The translations under genes and the position numbers were made by a program. Below, one piece after another: positions 46,217 through 60,670 of a DNA stretch of 64,000 bases. Position 1 is the stretch's first letter; each line of letters opens with the position of its first letter. This DNA comes from Octopus sinensis (Eukaryota): NCBI RefSeq assembly GCF_006345805.1, contig NC_042999.1, positions 128,588,001 through 128,652,000 on the forward strand, written 5' to 3'. A model generated the notes under the pieces. It did not search any database. It saw only the letters and a program-made list of their open reading frames with translations, and was not told the origin of the DNA.

Positions 46217-47759
46217 ATGCATGCATGTATGTATGTATGTATGTATGTGTGTGTGTATATATGTGTATTTGTGTGTTTGGGGTGCGTGTGCATATGTGTG
46301 TGAACACACACACGCACACTCATGCACTCGCACCTCAAACACATACACACACACATACATACATACATTCACATATACATATAATCTTTATTCTATCTGT
46401 CTCTTTCTCTCTGTCTCTTTCTCTCTATCTCTTTCTTTCTCTTTTAGGTACTTACAGATTCATTCATATCACTTTTTTCACTCCTTTCTTCACGTATTTC
46501 TCACACTTTGTCCCTCATCTCACGTCCCCTCACACTATACATTCCACTTAGCCCCTTTTTTGAATACATCGCTTCTCTCTCAAACGAACCCACCACATTA
46601 TATTCACCCACCCGGCCACCCAAATTTTTTCTTCCTCCTTCCATCTCTCTCTCTCTCTCTCTCTTGCCCATCTTCTCTCTCTCTCGCCCTCTCCCTTACT
46701 CTCTCACACACACACATATATATACACACACACACATGCACACACATACACACACGCACACACATACATAATATCTCCACTCTGTTACCATCCTCTCTTC
46801 CTCAGACTACATCGCCCACGCTATTGTCCCACCTTCACAGTCTCCTCATCTCCATCACTTCACCACTCCTCCACTTGTTCTCCACTTCTCGCCTCTCAAT
46901 GCGCCAGTTCTCTCACTGGCATCACCATCACCGCCACCGTACCATCTTATTCCTTCTCCAACGCCATAAGAACACAAAACACTCTCACATCGTTAGTCTC
47001 TGACACCATCCCTCTACGTACTATCTCTCATGACCATACTCTACTCTCCACACCAAAATTACTGCAGTTTCAACTACCCACCACACCACTCCGGCCCTTT
47101 TCCTCTTTATCTCCACTCCATTCCACTGTAATTAATATCTTGCATTGATTAAAGGACACAAAAGATGTTCTATACACTGGAAATAGACAGGAGACTCTGA
47201 AGTCAGAGATAAACAAGAAAACCTATTCCATCAATACCATCTTCAGCGCCTTCTGCCGTTGCCATCACACAAACACTTACTCACACACGCACGCACATGC
47301 ACCCACACAAGGGTGCGCGTGCACGCACAAAAATATATATATGCGCATACGTACACCTGTACACATACAATGTATATACTCACATACGCACAAACGATCA
47401 TACATATACCTACATCCGCCAACAGAATACACACGTATTCATAGAGTACCTGCAACATACATACATACATACATACATACATACATACATACATGCATAC
47501 ATACGTACATACATGCATACATATACGTACATACATGCATACATACATACAACACGTATATATAGATATATATATATAATATATATATATTAATAATATA
47601 TATATATATATATATAATATATATATATATATACAACACACCACAATACATACCTACTTACATACATATATATATACATACATACATACATGCATACATA
47701 CATGCATGCATACGTACATCGTACATACACACATACATATAAACACGCACATACATACA

Positions 47760-47793
<34 letters not shown>

Positions 47794-48024
47794 CATACAT
47801 ACATACAGACAGACAGACATGCATAAGAATCCAGCAATGCAGGGCTCGCATATCTAAGCAAAAACGTGGACGAGAGACACTACATACCACAACAAAGCTA
47901 ATGCATGGATATGTTTCCCGTAAACTAGAAAGGGATAACAATATTTAAATGAAATGTAACCTCCCTTGACCTCGCGAATGCTGCTAGTGTATACACTGCA
48001 TTCTCCATCCACCTTTATGCACGC

Positions 48025-48669
48025 TCATTGGTTCCGATACAGGTCCTGCAAGATTTGCAGGTCTTTCCCATTCAGATCAAGGTTACTGAGTTCTTGAAAT
48101 AATATGTCATGTTTTACTTTACCGAAGGCCTTTGTGTAATCCGCGAAACACATGAAGATGTCATTTTGCATCTCCATCGCCCGCTCCGTTATCGTTCTCA
48201 ATACAAAAATAGCGTTCCTAGTACCAGCGTCCTTTCCAAAGGCAAACTGTTCAATTGCAATCTCGTGTGTTGTTCTGCTTCTTGCCCGCAGAAGTAAAAT
48301 TCTCAGAATGATCTTCGTAACGTGACCCATGAGATTCGTCGTGCGATACTGTTCACAGGCCACAGCTCCTGATTGCTTCAGGAATGCAATAAAGATGGAT
48401 TTACTCGGAGCTTCTAGGAATTTTCCTTCATCAAAGATCATGTTTATTACATCTATCAGTTTTCTAATTTCATATTCCTCTACTGTTTTTATCATCCCAA
48501 TAACAATTTTGTCTGGGCCATCAGCTTTGTTTACTTTCATCATTTTGATGGTCACCTGTACTTCAGATGGCATAATCTTTGGCCCCTCATTAGAGTTACG
48601 AAAACTAGGCAAGGTTGTTATCGCATCAGGAATTATTCTGTCAGTCAGAAAATCGAAATCCCAGAACAT
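48025..48669 (-). mobile_element. RTE-type LINE RT N-terminal fragment
   Basis: KADGPDKI, YRTTNLMGHVTKIILRIL, EQFAF…GTRNAIF, CFADYTKAFGKVKH. Confidence 0.88.
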
Positions 48670-49149
48670 CCTTGTTTACCCATTCTGGTGAATTATTTTA
48701 CCAGGCACATACTCATCCAAATTCTTTGCTAGTTCGTATTGTTATTTACGATATAAAAGCCAATTTACGATATAAAAGCCAATGAAGGTACATTGTATTC
48801 TTTCTGCACAAGGCTCTCACATCCACTCACTTTCTCACTTTCTCACTTCCTTTTCACAGAGTCTGCATTTCTGGGTGTCAGAAGTTTTGTAGATTTTATA
48901 CATCACCAAACTGTTGTTGTTGTTGTTGTCCTCTTCTTTCAACTTTGTTTCCATTTCTTGCTAAGTGTACTCCCGACACCTAGAGCAAAGAAAGTCACCG
49001 TATACACTGGTAGGTCATTAATGTAAAGACGCCAGATTGTTCAATCACAAAGTCATGTGATAGAAAAAAGGGGAAGAAAGACAGAAAGAAAAAGGAAAGA
49101 TTAAAAAATGAAAGAAAGAAAATAAAGAAAATAATGGGGGAAAAGGAAT

Positions 49150-49342
49150 GACATTTCACAGCGACAATGCTCTTCTCAATACGTGTGACGTACCAGTGGA
49201 GACAGTCTTTTGCACTTCTATCATGGATAAACCAGGGATCATCCTCAAATAATTTTCAGTTCCTTTTTTGATCATTCCAAGTACCCTTACAATCACTGGT
49301 ATTTTAACCGTCTTGAGATGCCACATTTTTTCGATTTCACTT

Positions 49343-49345
<3 letters not shown>
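49150..49345 (-). mobile_element. Dong/R4-type LINE 3' fragment
   Basis: EIEKMWHLKTVKIPVIVRVLGMIKK…QKTVSTGTSHVLRRALSL. Confidence 0.8.
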
Positions 49346-49380
<35 letters not shown>

Positions 49381-50268
49381 CTTGTTTGCATAAATTAACC
49401 AAAAAATAACGAAACCACACACGCTAAAAACGATACTATCCAGTAGCCAGCACATCCTGTATGTATGTATGTATGTATGTATGTATGTCTGTCTGTCTGT
49501 ATGTATGTATGTATGTATGTATGTATGTATGTATGTATGTATGTATGTAGTATGTATTGAGTGTTTCATTCTGCAAACAATATTATGATATTTGAGCAAG
49601 GAGGGCGTATAAGTTTGTGTAGAGCAGGTAGTCATCAATAAAATGACATATTGAATTGTAGTATAAAAGCATGGCCTGACTTTCAAAGCAATACAATTAG
49701 ATAAAATCATCCAACCACTTGTAATTGCTATTGGCCATCTTGCTAAGACTTGGAACACCACAATGATATTTGGAAGTGATAACAAGCAGGAGCGGATTTA
49801 GACCATAGGGCGAGGTACACTTCAATTTCGGTGGGCTCCTTATACACAAGAATTAAAATCTTGGAAAATTACCAAATTTAAATCTCAAAACCCATCTGTT
49901 TCATATAATTGAACTTGATGAGTTAGCAGAGAAAGTTTAAATAAATGACGGAAAATGTCGCTTTACAGATACACTTTTCAAAATTCAATTTTTTCTGAAA
50001 AATGCAATGAAGGAGAGAACAGGGGGTAAGACTTTTTTTCTTTTAACGCGAGTTAGAAATGTTTCAGAATGTAGAATACGATAAAATAACAGAAAATTAC
50101 GAAAAAGACAAAAAATCATTTTAGTGATTGTTACTGTTCCATATGAAATTTGATGTATCCGAAGGTGCATTTTTTGTTGTAGGAAGAGAAAGAATTTGTT
50201 CGCTTCCTGCAAAAACTAAATATGAACGCTTTGTCAATACAGATTTTACGTTCGAGTAAGTAACTATA

Positions 50269-51427
50269 CGAGGGTGGGCTGAAAGATTCAAAGGCTGACT
50301 ATGAAGGAGCTGTGAAATCTAGCACGCATTCATTTCAACCGTTCTTGTTAATAATTGCATTGTTTCTTTCCAGGTAAACTGACATCTCACTGTTCAAAGA
50401 ACACATCAACAAAGAACAACTAACTTGAAAATCGACAAACTTTCACCTTGTCGTGTTACCGAATACCTGCAGAAAAAGAGTTTAGCCCCCACCCCAGGAC
50501 ATTCATACTAACAAGCTTACTACATTAGAGGGATGATGCTCCTGCCTTATCAACAGTGCAAAAGTGGGTAATTGAATTTACGAGGAGAACGGCGAGTATT
50601 GAAGATGACCCAGCGTCTGGACGCCCTGCAACTGCTACAACCGAGGAAGACAATGATCGCGTTCACCACATGCTGATGGATGACAGACGATTTACTATAA
50701 ATAAAATAACCAATGCTGTTAGCATATCCCATGAGAGTTGGAATATTCTGCACAATGAACTTGACGAAGGTTTGAGTCACGTTTTCTGACACCTGATCAA
50801 AAGCACACCAGGTTGATTACATCACGGCAAAATCTGACATTGTTTGAGGTAGATCCAACTGGTTTCCTTCGACGTTTCCTAACCCAAGCTGAGTGTTGGA
50901 TTCTTCACTTTGAGCCAGAGACACAGAGACAATCTATGCAGCGGAAACACCCTTTCTCACCTGCTCCAAAGAAGGCCAGGGTAGATTCTTTGTTGGGAAG
51001 GTGATGGCCTCAGTTTTGGGGGATGCAAAAGGCATTATGTTTATTGACTATTTTCAAATGCAGAGTATTATGCCAACTTACTGATTTACGAATGGCTATC
51101 AAGACCAAACACCCAGGAAAGGAGTCTTGTTTCATCAGAACAATGCTCCAGCAAACAAGTCCTTCGTTTCAACGGCTGCTGTGATTGACTGAGGGTTTGA
51201 ACTGGTTCATGACCATCTCTATTCTCCTGATTTCTGACTATCATCTGTTTCCCAACATAAAAAAAGACTTGACTGGGGAGCAATATTGCAGTGATGATGA
51301 CGTCATATCCACTGTTGATAACTTTTGTGAGCAACAAGATGAAGACTTGTTCACCAATGAGATTCAAGCACTGCAGAACTGATAGAAGAAGTGTGTGAAT
51401 CGCAAAGGGGCTATGTTGAAAAGTAAA
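50269..51427 (+). mobile_element. Mariner transposon, decayed transposase; 3' TIR not seen
   Basis: TA|cgagggtgggctgaaa end. EDDPASGRP, PETQRQSMQ, VMASVFGG, LFHQNNAP and SDYHLFPNIKKDL motifs occur across several frames. Confidence 0.9.
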
Positions 51428-51573
51428 TCTACACACACACACACACACATACACATATATGTATATGAATATACATAGATACCTGTGTATGTGAGTGTAT
51501 GTATATGTATGCAGATAAGTATAGCTCTCAGTATATCTGTACTTCTAATTTACTTTGTGATGGGCATGCATAT

Positions 51574-51607
<34 letters not shown>

Positions 51608-51619
51608 CATGTATATATT

Positions 51620-52772
51620 CTTTTATTTGTTCCAGTCATTTGACTGCGGACATGGAGCACCGCCTTCAGTCGAACAAATCGACACAGGGCTTATTCTTTG
51701 TAAGCCTAGTACTTATTCTATCGGTCTCTTTTGCTGAACCGCTAAGTTACGGAGACGTAAACACACTAACATCGGTTGTCAAGCAATGGTGGTGAGACAA
51801 ACACAGGCACACAAACATATACAGTGCAAAAGTGGGTAATTGAATTTACGAGGAGAACGGCGAGTCTTGAAGATGACCCAGCGTCTGGACGCCCTGCAAC
51901 TGCTACAACCGAGGAAGACAATGATCGCGTTCACCACATGCTGATGGATGACAGACGATTTACGAGGAGATATAAGTGATGTACTCAAGTGTAGTTATGT
52001 TTTTAGCTTGTGCTTTTTCCATGATCATACGTGAGTATTTTATTTATATCCCATCGAAAGCTCTACTGAAGAAAGAAATATCTTTTATAATATTAATCGA
52101 AATTGATTCAATATAGATAACGAAATTTAAATTTTCTAAAGGTTAGTTGCCCGTTTTCATTTCAATTCTCCTGTAGCAAGCGGATTATAAGTGGATAAAT
52201 CAGTGTATTGGCTTAGAATAACCCTCTTTAGCCCTTAATTATATGATGTTTATACTTCAACGTAACAGTTTTTTAAATATACTGCCCACGCTTCCTGATG
52301 AATTCCTTTTCTGTAGAGAAAGGGACTTCATCCTATATTGTTAGTAGTAAACTCGCTGCTTGCTACGGGAGGACCGGTAACCATTACAATTTGTAGCGGC
52401 GCGAAAGGTCAAGACGTTGTTTCTGAAGCTGACCACCAAAGAATTTTTATTTTTAGATATAAGTGATGTACTCAAGTGTAGTTATGTTTTTAGCTTGTGC
52501 TTTTTCCATGATCATGCGTGAGTATTTATTTATATCCTATCGAAAGCTCTACTGAAGAAAGAATATATCTTTTATAAGATTAATTCCGAAATTGATTCAA
52601 TATAGAGATAACGAAATTTAAATTTTCTAAAGGTAGTTGCCCGTTTTCAGTTTCAATTCCCCTGTAGCAAGCGGATTATAAGTGGATAAATCAGTGTATT
52701 GGCTTTAGAATAACCCTCTTTAGCCCTTAATTATATGATTATATATATATATATAGATATATATATATATAT

Positions 52773-52804
<32 letters not shown>

Positions 52805-52975
52805 ATATGACGGGCTTCTTTCAGTTTCCGTCTACCAAATCCAGTCAAAAGGCTTTGGTTGCCCCGAGATTATAGTAGAAGACTCATGCTCAAGGTGCCA
52901 CGCAGTGGGACTGAACCCCGCAACCATGTGGTTTGTAAGCACGTTATTTACCACACAGTCACTCCTGCGCCTATA
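51620..52975 (-). mobile_element. SINE family B split by a ~920-bp composite insert
   Basis: 3' half at 51620-51825 and 5' half at ~52805-52975; in other copies these halves are joined only by a short microsatellite. Confidence 0.75.
51968..52739 (+). repeat. ~280-bp direct repeats (51968-52247 and 52455-52739) around a 207-bp spacer
   Basis: agatataagtgatgtactc…cccttaattatatgat occurs twice; differences are mostly 1-2-nt indels. Confidence 0.92.
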
Positions 52976-53254
52976 TGTGTGTGTGTGTGTGTCTGTGTGT
53001 GTGAATGTGTGCGTGTGTGAAGGCGCGTGGATTAGTGGTTGGAGTGTTGCACTCATGATTGTTGGATTGTGGTTTCGATTCTAGGAGCGGGTGATGCGTT
53101 TTGTTCTCGAACAAAACTCTTCATTTCATGTTGCAGCTGTCTACTCATCTGGCAAAAATTAGTTCTCCTGCGACGGACCGGCGTCCCGTTCAGGAGGCGA
53201 ATATATACGCAACAGAATCCGATAAACCATCCTGACGAGCCATTAGTTCAAGAA

Positions 53255-53697
53255 GGACCTTTGCGTGGCTGTGTAGTAAAACACTTTCTTATTTCTTTAT
53301 TGCCCACAAGGGGCTAAACATAGAGGGGACCAACAAGGACAGACAAAGGGATTAAGTTGATTAGATCGACCTCAGTGCGCAACTGGTACTTAATTTATCG
53401 ACCCCGAAAGGATGAAAGGCAAAGTCGACCTCGGCGGAATTTAAACTCAGAACGTAAAGGCAGACGAAATACCGCTAGGCATATCGCCCGGTGTGCTAAT
53501 GTTTCTGCCAGCTCGCCGCCTTAAAACACTTTCTGCCCAACCACATGGTCCTGAGTTCAATCCCCTGCGTGGCACCTGGGCAAGTGTCTTCTATTATAGT
53601 CTCGGGCTGACCAAAGTCTTGTGTGTGGATTTGGTAGACGGAAACTCAAAGAATCCCGTCGTATAAATACACACACACACATACACACACACACAAT

Positions 53698-53746
<49 letters not shown>

Positions 53747-53975
53747 CCTGTGTGTGTTTGTGTCTTTGTGTCTGTATTTGTCCCCCCACCCCCCATCCCC
53801 ATCACCGGTGTTGGTGTGTTTACCTCCCCGTAAGCTAGCGGTTCGGCAAAAGAGACCGATAGAATAAGGACTAGGCTTACAAAGAGTAAGTCGTGCGGTC
53901 AATTTCTTCGACTTAAACGTTTTAAGTCAGTGCTCCAGCATGGCTGCAGTCAAATGAATGAAACAAGTAAAGGTA
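53255..53975 (+). mobile_element. SINE family B with a SINE family A copy (minus, ~53285-53522) inserted in its head
   Basis: gtggctgtgtagtaaaacacttt is interrupted and resumes as aaaacactttctgcccaaccacatgg (duplicated aaaacacttt junction). Confidence 0.85.
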
Positions 53976-54138
53976 TAAAAGAATATGTGAGCACACAAAG
54001 CAGCAAGCATCAAAATGAAGATGTATACGTTTACTTTTTAATTGACAATTTTTTCTTACGTTCTACTGTGCACGAGTATGTTGGAAATAAATGTGCACAT
54101 CCGTGTGTGTGTATTTATGTATATATATCACTTGTCGA

Positions 54139-54282
54139 CTAGGCTATCAGATGTGGTGGAATTATGTATGCGTATGTGTCCGCTACAGAAATAGTTCTGC
54201 GAGAAAATTATCCCATTAAATGTGTGTGCAAACGCACATAAAGTTGTGAATGACATAATTCCACCACATCTGATAGTCTGGT
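54139..54282. mobile_element. Small MITE-like inverted repeat (~29-bp arms)
   Basis: ctaggctatcagatgtggtggaattatgt versus acataattccaccacatctgatagtctgg. Confidence 0.75.
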
Positions 54283-54289
54283 GATATAT

Positions 54290-54655
54290 ACAGGTATTTG
54301 AGCACACATCTTTTTCGGGTCATTGCTACGTTTCTTGCTAACTCTGTTATAATCTGTGTTTCAGAAAATAATAATAGTAGACCCTCAGCTTACTCAAGAA
54401 ATGAAGAAGCATGCTGTTATTTTGGTTATAAAGGCTAAGCATAGCGTTTTAGAAATATCTCGATTTTTAAAAGTTGCCTGATCTCTTGTCTACAATGCTT
54501 GTAAGGCGTTAAAGACTGAAGATGGAAACGTATCACCAGTATCAAAGCATAAAAAGTATTCCAAATGCTCTGAAATCATCAGAACACTTGAATTTATCCG
54601 GCAAGTTCAACAGACTATTGATTACAATCCCAGAAAGTCCATGAGGTCAATTGCA
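54290..54655 (+). mobile_element. Tc1-like transposase N-terminal (HTH) remnant
   Basis: From ATG 54401: MKKHAVILVIKAKHSVLEISRFLKVA*…SEIIRTLEFIRQVQQTIDYNPRKSMRSI. Confidence 0.6.
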
Positions 54656-55147
54656 TTCTATGAGGTATTTTTGCCTCTTAGCTGAAACACCTCATCCTAT
54701 AAGGTAATTTTGCCGCTTGGCTGAAACAGCTGTAAGATACTTTCCCAATTTCTATTCCTGTATGCTATATATTTTAAAAATTACTGGTATTTTTATATAT
54801 TCTATATGTAAAGCATAATATGTTATATATGTATGTGTAATCTCGTAATTGTTATTTTAGCAAATAAATAAATAAATTAACATTATATAATATCTAAAAG
54901 TTGATGAACCACCTATTGATCCCCTCTATTTTCTTATTGCTCTATAAATTAATGGTAAAATAACTCTTTACCCTCACCCATTTAGTACACTAGGTAATGT
55001 AACTGCAACGCAATAAAAACACTTGTGTATTAATATTTGAGTATTCTACCAGCAGTATATTGGATAGATATATCCCTTAGTTGGTTGGATTCACAACCCC
55101 TAACTTTCTGGAAATATATATTTATTATATTGTATATATATAATATA

Positions 55148-55212
<65 letters not shown>

Positions 55213-55544
55213 TGTTTTGTGGTGTGGTGTGTGTGTATGTATGTATGTATGTTGTATGTATGTATGTATATGGATTCACTATATATATGTTATACGTTGC
55301 AAAAATGTGTGAGATCCTTGATATATTTGGAAAGGAAGAAGAATGATTTCACTGGTAGTTCTAATCAGTTTAATTTATTATTTTTAATTTTTCAGTAAGT
55401 TAAACTGATTAGGACTATCAGTGAAGTCATTGTTTTTCCTCTTTTCAAATGGTCAAACCGGCCAATCCATGGCACCATGGACAACGAACGTTAAATAATA
55501 ATTATTGTTATTGTTATTATTATTATTGTTGTTGTTGTTGTTGT

Positions 55545-55583
<39 letters not shown>

Positions 55584-57277
55584 TTACATATATACATACA
55601 TAGACATAAAGACGTGAACATGCACATATAGAGTGAAAGAGATAAAAGAGAGAGCGTGAGAGAAAGTAAATTGAGGTATAGGAAGAAACAGGCCGAAAGT
55701 CAAATTAAGTCCCAGTGGACGTAAATGACATTTCAACAGCAAAGGATTAGAATTAAACAAAAAATTCAGCTACAAAAAGTAGCATTCACTAACATAACAT
55801 AATAGAGCAAATAGATAAAGAGGCGACAGATAAAATAAATGAAACTGAAGGATAAGGAATATATATATGTAGAAAAAACAGTCAGAAAATTACGGCTAGA
55901 AGCTGTGTTCTTATATAATCGCCCAAAAGGCTTAAACTATGAAGGTCAAATAATTTTAGACGTTGTAAGAGAAACAGCCAAACTTTGTTCATATAATTGT
56001 TCGTTTATTTTTGTACTGATTTTTGTAGCAACCATTTTTCCCCATTATTGTATGTGTATGTGTATGTTTACAAAAGTGTGTGTGTGCGTAAACACATACA
56101 TACGCATACACATACAGCCCCAGTCACAGGCGGTACCCCAGCATGGTCACAGCTGTATAAACGAATATATTATATATATATGCATGTATGTATGTATGTA
56201 TGTATGTATGTATGTATGTATGTATGTATATATATATTATATATATGTGTGTGTGTGTGTGTTTGTATATATGTATATATATACTATATATATATATATA
56301 TATTATATATATATAATTATATATATTATATATATATATATATATATACATATATTCATATATGTATATATGTATATACATACATATACATATGCTTAGA
56401 TATAATATACATATATATACATATATATATACACACGCACAACTTGCGTGGTGTATGTGTGTGTGTGCGTGCGTGCGTGTGTGTGTGTGTTTTAATTTTC
56501 TTATCCTTATCTCTTCTTTGTCTCAAAGCAAACGTTATTATAGCTGAAAGAACAAAGGTGCCATACTGTATGTGGGCAACGTCCCATTTCAACCGTTGCT
56601 ATGACACCGTTCTTATGTGTAAAGCATAACGAGGCTGCGTCACTTCAGATAAAAGGGGAACCAAATTTCACCAAAGGGATATATTTAGTTTCGTGAAGTT
56701 TATCTCATAGTGTATGGATAAAGCTAAGTTTAATCAAATCATCCATTCAAATGCAAGTCCTAATACCACTGCTATAATACAACGTAGTGTCTGTGCGTAT
56801 GTGTATGGGGTGTTTGTGTGTGTGTGTATGTATGTATGTATGTATGTATGTATGTATGTATGAATGTATGTATGTATGTATGTATGTATGTATGTATGTA
56901 TGTATACGTTACATGTGGTCATTACATTTAAATGCATTACGTTAAGTGCACATTTAAATGTTTGTGAATAGGCATATATTTCCCCTTGTATGTGTGTGTG
57001 TCCATATATGAAATTATGAATTTGTTTTGCAAGATTCCTGATATAAAATCGTGTGTTGAAACAGATATTGTTATATTTCGGGATGGTCTAAACAGAACAG
57101 GAGGAAACACGTGGATGGGAGAGTCGCTGAAGAGATCAGAGATGTGCGACGAAAGATTTCCAGGCAATGGATATAAGATAAAATAAGAACAATAATAAAC
57201 GAATGACGAACGAATATATAGTGCATGTGATTATTTGGCAAAAACAAAAGAAGCAAGTCAATGACCATTCCGAAATA

Positions 57278-57435
57278 CAGGGGTTGGACAAAATAATGGA
57301 AACACCTTAAAATTTCCAAGAAATTAATTTTAATATGGGGTAGGACCACCTTTGGCATTAATTACAGCTTCAATTCTACAAGGTGTGAATTGTTTCCAAA
57401 GCAATTTTTGTCCATTCTTCAGCTAAAACAGTTTC
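57278..57435 (+). mobile_element. Tc1-like terminal fragment
   Basis: TA|caggggttggacaaaataatggaaacacc, a Tc1-type TIR. Confidence 0.6.
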
Positions 57436-57458
57436 CTATTTAATATTTTTATATCAAT

Positions 57459-57505
57459 GCTAGCAGAAATACTTGGCGTTGCTCGGGATTAAAATGGCAT
57501 AGCTT
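57459..57505 (-). mobile_element. Helitron 3' end fragment
   Basis: Minus strand cccgagcaacgccaagtatttctgCTAG, the same tail as at 4324. Confidence 0.5.
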
Positions 57506-57696
57506 TTTATTGTTTTACTTGTTTCAGCCATGTGACTGCAGCCATGCTGAAGCACCGCCTTTAGTGGAACAAATCGAACCTAAGATTTATTTTTTGTAAG
57601 CCTACTACTTATTCTATCGGTGTCTTTTGTTGAACCACTAAGTTACAGGGAGGTAAACACACAGAAACATCGGTTGTCAAGCGATGATGAGGGTCA

Positions 57697-57736
<40 letters not shown>

Positions 57737-57808
57737 TATACGACAGTCTTCTTTCGGTTTCCGTGTACGAAATCCACTCACAAAGCTTTGGTCGGCCTGA
57801 GGTAATAG

Positions 57809-57848
<40 letters not shown>

Positions 57849-59994
57849 CACATACACATACATATATAGAGAGAATTACATATATACACATATACATATA
57901 TATACATATACACATGGAAAACCAGTCTCGTATTTAAGAGGCGCCACCTTGGGAAAATGGATTTGGTAGAATTTTTCAAGACGGAGAAAACAGAAAGAAT
58001 TTCCAGTTTTATAAGCAGTAGCTTTGCTTATAACTTCCCACTCCACAGAAAAAACTTTCTTTTTTTGTCTTTTAGGTCCCAAATAAATTTACTGTATTGT
58101 GGGAGGGGGTTGTGTTTGTGTGTATGTGTGTGTGTGTATAAATACATATATCTATGAATATATGTTCAGGATAAGATGTACATTTAAATATGCCTATAAA
58201 TATGCATAGACGCACGTAATTTATGAATGCATAAATATTGTGCAGAAAATTAAAAATTTCGAAAAACTGTCTGAATGTGATAGCAAACGAAGCTGGTTGT
58301 CTGTCGAAAATGAATAGTGTAATTATTTTCATTTTTCCCTTCATTTTTGTTAAACTTATTTAGTAACGTTAAGTAAAAATTATTTTGGTATATAAGCGAT
58401 CTTTCAGGTTTAAAACTTCTAGATAGGGATTGCATTGATTAATCTCAAAACAAAGAATGTCTTTTAACGGAAGAAGATGCTATGAAAACACACTCTTTGT
58501 TCTCTGTATAATTCGCTAAGCTAGAAAAGGATTTGTAATGATAAAGTTGTTTTCTGCTCGACTAGTGAAACCATAACCCAAAGTTGGCGAATATTCTCGA
58601 AAATAGTAATAGGTGTGAATCCTATTTGGTTACATACTCATACATTTTACACTGGATTCAGAATTTAAATCAATAGTTGATTAAACAGTCCCAAGAACCT
58701 GCATTATGTGACACTTCATTAAAATTGTTGATGATTAATCAATCTCATAAACCTTTTATCATTTACTCGTTTCTTGGGGGAGTTTTGTTCAACAACTTGC
58801 CACCAGCGCCTATATTTTTAAAGCCTGATACTTATTCTGTCGGTGACGACGATGTTTAACCTCAGTTCAATCGTGACTGAGCAAACCTATGACCGAAAGT
58901 GTTTCAGTCGTGACCATATCATTTTTTCAGTCTAACATGTGCCTTTATGATCGGTTGGCTGTGATTTCTAGCAGTGTATGACAGTGGCGAACATTTTTAT
59001 CCAAAAGTGAACACAAGAATTCTATTTCTACTTTCAGACATTTCATTTTATTTATTGATTTTTTTATTTAAGTTTCTGGAGAAAAGGCATGAAAGACAGC
59101 ATTCCTTTCTCTGTGAATCACCTTGAATCATTGAATATTCATTGGCAGAAGATAAGATGTCAATGGATAAAAGCCACAATCCAATTGCTACTCTCGATTA
59201 TTTAAAGTATTTAAGTTAATATACTTCCATTACGTGTCACCTCGATCAGAAGCCTCCTACTAAAGACCCGGACCGACTAGTACCTTGTGAATGGATGTGA
59301 TAGATGGAAATTGTGTGGAAGCCCGACGTGTGTGTGTGTGCGTGCGTGCAAGTGTGTCTATGTCTGTGTTTGTCGCACAACCACCGACCGACAACCGGTG
59401 TTGGTTAGGTTACGTTCCCATAGCTTAGCGGTGAGATTAAGTACTATACTTAAAGAAACATAAGTACTAGGGTCGATTTGTTCGACTAAACCACATCAAG
59501 GCAGTGTTCCTGCATGGCCACAGTCCTGTGACTGAAACATGTAAAAGATAAAAGATATTTTTCTGAAAGGCTTGAATCTCACGCACACACATTTTTTCTT
59601 ATGAGAATCTGAAGTTACGCTAATTTAAGAAATCCGTAGTTAATCTCCGAATGCAAATGAGCCAAATGATTCCAATTCGCTTTCTCATGGAAGACAATTC
59701 ACTTCGTTTTCTTATTTTCCATCAACAAAACATAAAAGCATGCGTGCCTAAATAACTGAAAAACGGTAACATAAATTATGCATTGAAATTTTCCTTTTGG
59801 TTAACTTACAATAAGGTGGTGATGATAATGCAGACGTTAACCAACCGGACTAAAGGATGTCTCAGCCCCATATTCTCATTTCCAACCTCAGTAACATTTC
59901 ATGCAATCCAGGTCGGATAGCCAAGGGTTAGATAAGGAAGTGGAGTCATACTATTTGTGAAGAAATTCTGTAAAAAGTATTTTCATAGGTCTGT

Positions 59995-60670
59995 CCCAAA
60001 TATCCATAAGCTTTTTCTGACTTTTAGTTAACCCTTGTTTCATAAATTATAACTAATATAAAGTTTTCCTCTAAGTCCTAATTTACTCTGTGGTTGAAAA
60101 AAATTGGGACTGTATATCGTTTATTGTGCCTGGATGCCAGGGAAACATGTTCAGTGTATCACATGCACGATACTCAGGACAGACAAAAGGTTAATGACAT
60201 TACTATTCCTGAGGCTAATACGTTGCTTTCGCCCAGCTCTAATCGAAAAGGATCGATCTGTGCTGACAATGCTTTTTTTTCATTTTTAGATTGTTAGGCA
60301 ACTTCCTTCGTGGAAGAACGAAAAAGGTTAGTAATGCATTTTCTATTAGATTACCACTACAGTCGGTTTCCCCAAGGAAGCGTGATTGTTCCAACTTTAT
60401 TTCTTATATAATATATATATTGCTAAGTTGAACTTTACAAGAAATGCAAAACATTTTCATAAGTTTATTTCAAACGTTCATGCTTGATTTCTGACTTTTA
60501 TTTGGGTTTTGTTTCATATGTTCTGATGAACATAAAACTTTTCTTTCAATAAGCTCATAAATTACTCTGGTGGTTGAAAAACATTGGGAATGTGTATTAT
60601 GTACGATGCACTGACGCCAGAGAAACATGTCCTGTGTATAACATGTGATACACAAGAGGCAAAAGGTTGA
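59995..60670 (+). repeat. Old tandem duplication, period ~480 bp
   Basis: tactctg(g)tggttgaaaaa.attggga…gccag.gaaacatgt…caaaaggtt at ~60085-60192 and ~60563-60668. Confidence 0.75.

Noticed and set aside
46760-47110. C/T-rich open stretch (…MRQFSHWHHHHRHR…)
   Set aside because: Possibly a decayed PLE N-terminal region, but I could not support this with conserved motifs.
54510-54540. CTGAAGA-TG-GAAACGTA hammerhead-like core
   Set aside because: No stem II, only 2 bp of stem I, and it lies in Tc1 coding sequence (EDGNVS); chance match.
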